Positions 57,901 to 64,000 of a DNA stretch of 64,000 nt are shown here, piece by piece. The notes below the pieces were generated by a model. It worked only from the letters and a program-made list of their open reading frames with translations, was not told where the DNA came from and did not search any database. A program made the position numbers and the translations under genes. Within the stretch, counting starts at the first letter, position 1. Each line of letters begins with the position of its first letter. The DNA is from Lytechinus pictus. Its lineage: Eukaryota. The stretch covers positions 15,936,001-16,000,000 of the forward strand of contig NC_087250.1 of NCBI RefSeq assembly GCF_037042905.1, given 5' to 3'.

Positions 57901-59125
57901 CCTCATCAATCACATTCTCCCCCCCCCTCCTCATCAATCACATTCTCTCTCTCCCCCTCCTCATCAATCACATTCTCTCCCCCCCCCTCCTCATCAATCA
58001 CATTCTCTCCCCCCCCTCCTCATCAATCACATTCTCTTCCCCCCCCCCTCATCAATCACATTCTCTCCCCCCCTCCTCATCAATCACATTCTCTCTCCCC
58101 TCCTCATCAATCACATTCTCTCTCCCCCCCCCTCATCAATCACATTCTCTCTCCCCCTCCTCATCAATCACATTCTCTCCCCCCCCCCTCCTCATCAATC
58201 ACATTCTCTCTCCCCCCCCCCTCCTCATCAATCACATTCTCTCCCCCCCCCCCTCCTCATCAATCACATTCTCCCCCCCCCCCTCCTCATCAATCACATT
58301 CTCTCCCCCCCCCCTCCTCATCAATCACATTCTCTCTCCCCATCCTCATCAATCACATTCTCTCTCCCCCCCTCCTCATCAATCCTATTCTCTCTCCCCC
58401 CTCCTCATCAATCACATTCTCTCTCCCCCCCTCCTCATCAGTCACATTCTCTCCCCCCCCCCCTCCTCATCAATCACATTCTCTCTCCCCATCCTCATCA
58501 ATCACATTCTCTCTCCCCCCCTCCTCATCAATCCTATTCTCTCTCCCCCCTCCTCATCAATCACATTATCTCTCCCTCGATCCTCATCAATCACATTCTC
58601 CCCCCCCCCTCCTCATCAATCACATTCTCTCCCCCCCCTCCTCATCAATCACATTCTCTCTCCCCCTCCTCATCAATCACATTCTCTCCCCCCCCCTCCT
58701 CATCAATCACATTTTCTCCCCCCCCCCTCCTCATCAATCACATTCTCTTCCCCCCCCTCATCAATCACATTCTCTCTCCCCCCTCCTCATCAATCACATT
58801 CTCTCTCCCCCCCCCCCCCTCCTCATCAATCACATTTTCTCTCCCCCTCCCCATCCTCATCAATCACATTATCTCCCCCCCCCCTCATCAATCACATTCT
58901 CTCCCCCCCCCCCTCCTCATCAATCACATTCTCCCCCCCCCCCCTCCTCATCAATCACATTCTCTCTCCCCCCTCCTCCTCATCAATCACATTCTCTCCC
59001 CCCCCCCCCTCCTCATCAATCACACTCTCTCTCCCCCCCCCCTCATCAATCACATTCTCCCCCCCTCCTCATCAATCACATTCTCTCCCCCCCCCCCCCT
59101 CCTCATCAATCACATTCTCTCTCCC
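54985..59125. repeat. ~4.1-kb minisatellite: constant core CTCATCAATCACATTCT plus variable C/T spacer (roughly 150 units)
   Basis: Direct reading; + strand almost devoid of G. Confidence 0.97.
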
Positions 59126-59611
59126 CCTCCTCCCCACCCTCTCTCTTGCTCTCTCCCATCTCTTCCTCTAGCTGTCTCGATTAGTTTTATCTTTATTCAT
59201 TCATTGAATACATTTATCATATCTTATCGGATGCTGAGTAAATCTGCCAACAACTATATGAAAAAATATCCAACTTAGGTTATTAGAATAATAGAAAGAG
59301 CTCACGAGAAGGGGTTCAAATATTGGGCAAATATTAAAGTGTAGAGTGTAACATTCGTCCACCAAGCACTACTTGCAGATTCCATTGTCGTGAGTATTGA
59401 TTGTTTTTTAATCGTGACAATCCATATGCTTATAACAAAGGCGAAATGAGTGTGATCAAAGTCCCAAATTCATTTGGAAATTCAGTATTGTAAAGTTAAT
59501 TATCAATATTTTTGTGCATGAATCATTTACAGTAATATCATTAATGATAAATAAGGAATAAAATGATTCAGTCAGATCAACGAAACCAGCTTCCCGAACG
59601 TTGGTGACAGT

Positions 59612-61693
59612 CATGGGCGGAAATCTGTCCCGAAAGGTAGGGGGGACAACATGGGCGGATCCAGCCTTCGCCAATGGGGGGGGGTGATTTTTTTTTAGCC
59701 ATATGTTATCCCCCATCGGCCTCTCGAAGGTGATTGTTGTTTGTTTCATTGAAGGAGTAGTCCTCATGGCCACTTTTAAGCTTTATTCTTATAATTCAAC
59801 ATAAATATATAATATCATAATCCTTATCTATGTAATGCGAGCGCGAAGCGCGAGAATTTTTTTTTTTTTTTTTTGGGGGGGGGATTTTATGTATTTTTCC
59901 CTAAAATTTGAACATTCTGGGCAATGTTTGTTATCCTGAAAAAGATGTATATGCAACTAAATAATTACTTCAAATGCGAAGTGCGAGCAGATGTTAACTG
60001 ATGGAAAAGGTTAGCCATGAATACGTTACATATTTCAACAATCAAATAATGCGAGCGCGAAGCGCGAGCTTAAATTTTTTTTGAAATTTTTGCCTAAAGA
60101 ATGGAAATTCTAAGCACTTTTTGTAACTGAAACATATAATAGGTATATAACTAAACAATTGATGCGAAGCGCTAGCGGAAAATTTTGAGATTTAGACCTA
60201 AGAACGAGACACTCTATTCATGTTTTGTAAATCATGAAAATGATGAGTAATTGGGGGCCTTCCTTATACCCGGTCCTTACATTAATGCGAGTGCAAAGTG
60301 CTGCCATGAAACGTTTTTTTTTTATTTGAACTGATCGAAAAGGTACTTGTTAAGGACTGCTTGCACTTAGCCATGAAGACGTTACATATTTCAACAATCA
60401 AATAATGCTAGCGCGAATCGCGAGCTGAAAATTGTTGACATTTCTACAAAAAGAATCGAAAATTTTAATCAATTTTCGTAATCGTGAACAGGGTAGCTAT
60501 ATAACTAACCAATTGATGCAAGCGAAGCGCGAGTAGAAAAATTCGAGATTTAGACCTAAAAACGGGACACTCTATTCATATTTTGTAAATCATGAAAAGG
60601 ATGAGTAATAGGGGATCTTTCTACATTAATAATGCGAGCACAAAGCGCGAGCAGAAAATTTTTGATATTGTGATCTGAAACTGGATAACGATTTAAATAG
60701 AGAACAAGTTGAATATCTGAATAAACATGCGCGTGTTTCAGATTTAGACCTAGAATCTAGGCATTCTACACCTCTTTTATCATGAAAAATCTGAAAAAGA
60801 GTCCATTTCAGCTATATATTTCAAGCACTTTGTAGGAAAATTGTGAGGTGGATATGGATCGCACTTGAGAGCTGATATTTTTCATTGTCATTTGAGTTTT
60901 GACATAGGACCGGGACATCCTTGGGACATGTCATATGAAAATGATGACTATATCTTCCTATTCCTCTTGCTAAGCGCGAGATGAAACAAAAGGGACAATT
61001 TAATCGTTAAATTATCAATATCTTATTTATTAATGCATAATGAGGGCGAGAAATCTGATGATATTATGGCCTGAAAACTGGACATTTCAAGCAATTTTGT
61101 AATTCTGAATAGAATACATCAGTCAAAATATTTTTAATCATTAATGCGAGCGCAAATCGCGAGCCAAAATCTTTGATAAACTGTCATGAAAATCAATATT
61201 GAGACATACATAAATCGCCAATTAAAATGCGAGCGAGTAGCCAGCGCTATCTGATACGTTTTGACAATCAGACTTGATTTTTTTCAAACTAAATGGAATA
61301 CACAAAAATAATAGGTACTTAATAAATCGAAATTTGCGAGCACTCAGTGCGAGCAGATAATGTCAATATTCAGACCATGAAGCTGTCACTTTTACAGAGC
61401 ACTTTTTAAATATCAGTTTGTAAATCACACAAAATATTAAATGAAAGTTCGATTTCCGAGGTGAAATGTGTAATGTATATTGACTTCCAAACTTGATATT
61501 TAAGCTCCATATTGAAAAATCATCTGACAGGTCTTTTAGTCCAAAATACATGTATTATTTCGAATGTGAATGATGCATTTTTCTCCATCATAAAAGACCA
61601 AAAATAGTAGGGGGACATTTGATATTGTGTCTCCCATACTATTTTTGGTAGGGGGACACGTCCCCCCTGTCCCCCCTGGGATTTCCGCCCATG
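59612..61693. mobile_element. 2.1-kb hAT-like non-autonomous element with internal GCGAGCGCGAAGCGCGAGC repeats
   Basis: TIR CATGGGCGGAAATC / GATTTCCGCCCATG; perfect 8-bp TSD GTGACAGT. Confidence 0.88.
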
Positions 61694-62097
61694 GTGACAG
61701 TGACATCGTTCAAATCTTTCTGGAATCGACGATGTACACTATTATTTATATAGGATCCGTTGCGAATCGATTATCGGATAAATTGTGAGACTGGTATGAA
61801 TGTTTAAACCCATAAAATCTTGACCAAAGTTCAAAATATTGTTTTGACGACTAAAATCTAAATTTCCAGTTTTTTTTTTTAATTTAGCTTTCCTGACGGA
61901 ATAAAAGCGAATAAATTCAAAACCGTTATGATATCGTCGTCGCCTGCGAGTTGATTGGACGTCACTCCAACCACAAGGCGTACAGAAAAGCAGAATTGTT
62001 GTCTAAATTTACTCTTTGGAAATTTCATATTTAATCCAAAATACAGTTTCTTCAAATCGCAGCGTAGACGGATCGTGTAGTGTGCGGCTGGCTTTAA

Positions 62098-62883
62098 AGG
62101 GATGCTTTGTGCTGAAGATATTTATATCTAAATATTGAATAAAGCAAAAATTCACAGAGCAAAATGCATAAAATTTAATCAAAATTGGATAACAATAATG
62201 AAGTGATTGAATTTTAAAGTAAAGCAATATTTTATGAAAACAGTTATATGCGCGTCGTCATAAATATTCATTAGGTAGGCTAATGATATCATATCCACAC
62301 TTTCCTTTTTCTTCTGTTGTTACATGAAATCATAATTGTTTCATTTTTTCATACATGTTAATATGATGTGTCTCCGTTATGATGAAATAAGTTGCAGCAA
62401 TAAATAACTAATGCACTTAATCAGTTGACAATCCGATTATTTTAGTTCTTGGTAGAAAATATTTGAATTAACCTTATTTCATATAATAAAATACAAAAGA
62501 ACAAGCGGGTATATGACATCATCTGGGCGTTGTGGCGTGAGCCTGTAATCCAAGCTGTGGGGAAGTTACAAATTGATGCAGAGGTTCGATCCCTGGTCAC
62601 GTCTTTTGGTTGGGGACGTTAAATGTCGGTCCCAGACGTAAGTAATCATATCTGATTGATACACGTCTGACAAAAATCACACACACACACACACACTCAT
62701 CTGTCCAACTAATGTATACTCATGAAGACATGCCTAGAACTGTTTCACCGGAATAATGCAAATCTTTAACATTCAATAACTTCGTTGTATGTAACCCGAT
62801 TTTGATGAAATTTTCAGCATTTTGCTCTTAGAATTCTACTCTATCTATTGAGATACAAAATATCTTCATCCTGGAGCTTCCCT
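62098..62883. mobile_element. Kolobok-like element carrying a SINE insertion
   Basis: TTAA|AGGGATGCT ... AGCTTCCCT|TTAA; body related to K1. Confidence 0.75.
62525..62696 (+). mobile_element. Short SINE-like retroposon with 7SL/Alu-like head, B box and (CA)n tail
   Basis: TSD TCATCT (62519-62524, 62697-62702); head GGGCGTTGTGGCGTGAGCCTGTAATCCAAGCT; GGTTCGATCCC at 62583-62593. Confidence 0.75.
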
Positions 62884-62937
62884 TTAATGTGACAGTTATA
62901 TCATGCTACGATCATACAAGCGAAACTGAATCCAGAC

Positions 62938-63157
62938 CAGTGGCGTACCTAGGATTTTCCACAGGGGGGGGCAAAACCGTCCGCCCAAAAATTTGACAAG
63001 CAAAAAAAAAAAAAATAAATAAAAAAAAAAAAAAAGGTCTTCAAGCTCGTCAGGGGGGGGGGGGGGCAAAGATACGTTTTTGCATGGGTTGTGACTCGTC
63101 AGGGGGGGCAGAGTGCCCCCCCTGCCCCCCCCCCCCCCCCCCGTAGGTACGCTAGTG
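62938..63157. mobile_element. hAT-like MITE
   Basis: CAGTGGCGTACCTA / TAGGTACGCTAGTG; 8-bp TSD ATCCAGAC. Confidence 0.85.
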
Positions 63158-63406
63158 ATCCAGACTGACCAGCGATTGAGTTACTACCAACATGATCAAT
63201 GACATACTCGGGGACATACTATCGGTCGATTTGGAATCGCTTTCTTTTGGTGTGACTTTCCATTAGCATTACAGATCAAACAAAGAAAAGCTCATCTTAA
63301 TCATAATCTGGAAACCACTATCTAAATGTCTTTTATATATACATGTCATTCAATATGAAATATAGATTTTCTCTCTCAACAGAGTGGATACTTTTATAAT
63401 CATTAA

Positions 63407-63986
63407 AGGACAAGTCCACCCCAAAAAAATGTTGATTTGAATAAATAGAGAAAAATCAAACTAGCATAACACTGAAAATTTCATCGAAATCGGATGTAAA
63501 ATGAGAAAGTTATGGTATTTTAAAGTTTCGCTATTTTTCACAAAACAGTGATATGCACAACTCAGTGATGATGTCCATCACTCACTATTTCTTTTGTTTT
63601 TTATTGTTTGAATTATACAATATTTGATTTTTTACAAATTTGACAATAAGGACCCACTTGACTAAACCATAGAGTATTAAACAATGCTAATTCCACATGT
63701 TCAGGGAGGAATTAATCATTGTTTCACTTGACAATGAGGAGAAAATTATAATATTTCATATATCAAATAATAAAATACAAAAGGAATAGTGAGTGGATGA
63801 CGTCATCAGTCTCTCATTTGCATACTGGCCACGATGTGCATATAACTGTTTTGTGAAATTAAGTGAAACTTTAAAATGTCATAACTTTCTTATTTTACAT
63901 CCGATTTTGATGAAATTTTCAGTGTTATGCTTGTTGGATTTTTCTCTTTTTATTCAAACCAACTTTTTGTTGGGTGGACATGTCCT
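63407..63986. mobile_element. Kolobok-like K1 element, complete
   Basis: TTAA|AGGACAAGTCCACCC ... GGGTGGACATGTCCT|TTAA. Confidence 0.85.
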
Positions 63987-64000
63987 TTAAGAGTAAGGTT

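Noticed and set aside
54939..59171. 1410-aa Ser/Pro/His-rich ORF
   Set aside because: It is the translation of a nearly G-free minisatellite that almost cannot contain stop codons; all three phases of the unit are mixed and no domain is present.
62525..62560. Human Alu contamination or a genuine 7SL gene
   Set aside because: Similarity stops after about 45 nt, there is no S domain or poly-A, and the insert has a TSD inside a host-type transposon.

Overview
AT-rich, repeat-dense animal genomic DNA; the repeat landscape and protein style suggest a sea urchin or other invertebrate deuterostome (inference, not tested). The window holds the 3' part of a complement C3-like thioester protein gene on the + strand. 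I could chain 24 GT-AG exons from 535 to a TAA at 50943-50945 in one frame (3122 nt, about 1039 aa). They encode the RRRR beta/alpha processing site, an atypical anaphylatoxin domain, GCGEQ, the C3-type VIHQEMI catalytic His motif and a C345C domain; the beta-chain exons lie upstream of the window. Introns and the downstream flank are packed with non-autonomous DNA transposons (piggyBac-, Kolobok-, hAT-, Tc1-, Sola- and Helentron-like), tRNA-derived SINEs, L2 and Penelope fragments, and satellites. Most notable: (1) a short TSD-flanked retroposon with a 7SL/Alu-like head; (2) a ~30-copy 60-bp minisatellite built from the C3 intron16/exon17 junction, giving an array of decoy splice acceptors, plus three other exon-boundary duplications; (3) a Penelope-type minimal hammerhead ribozyme relic next to a perfect 91-bp fold-back. 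All calls come from manual reading; no database search was run. Exon numbers are window-relative.
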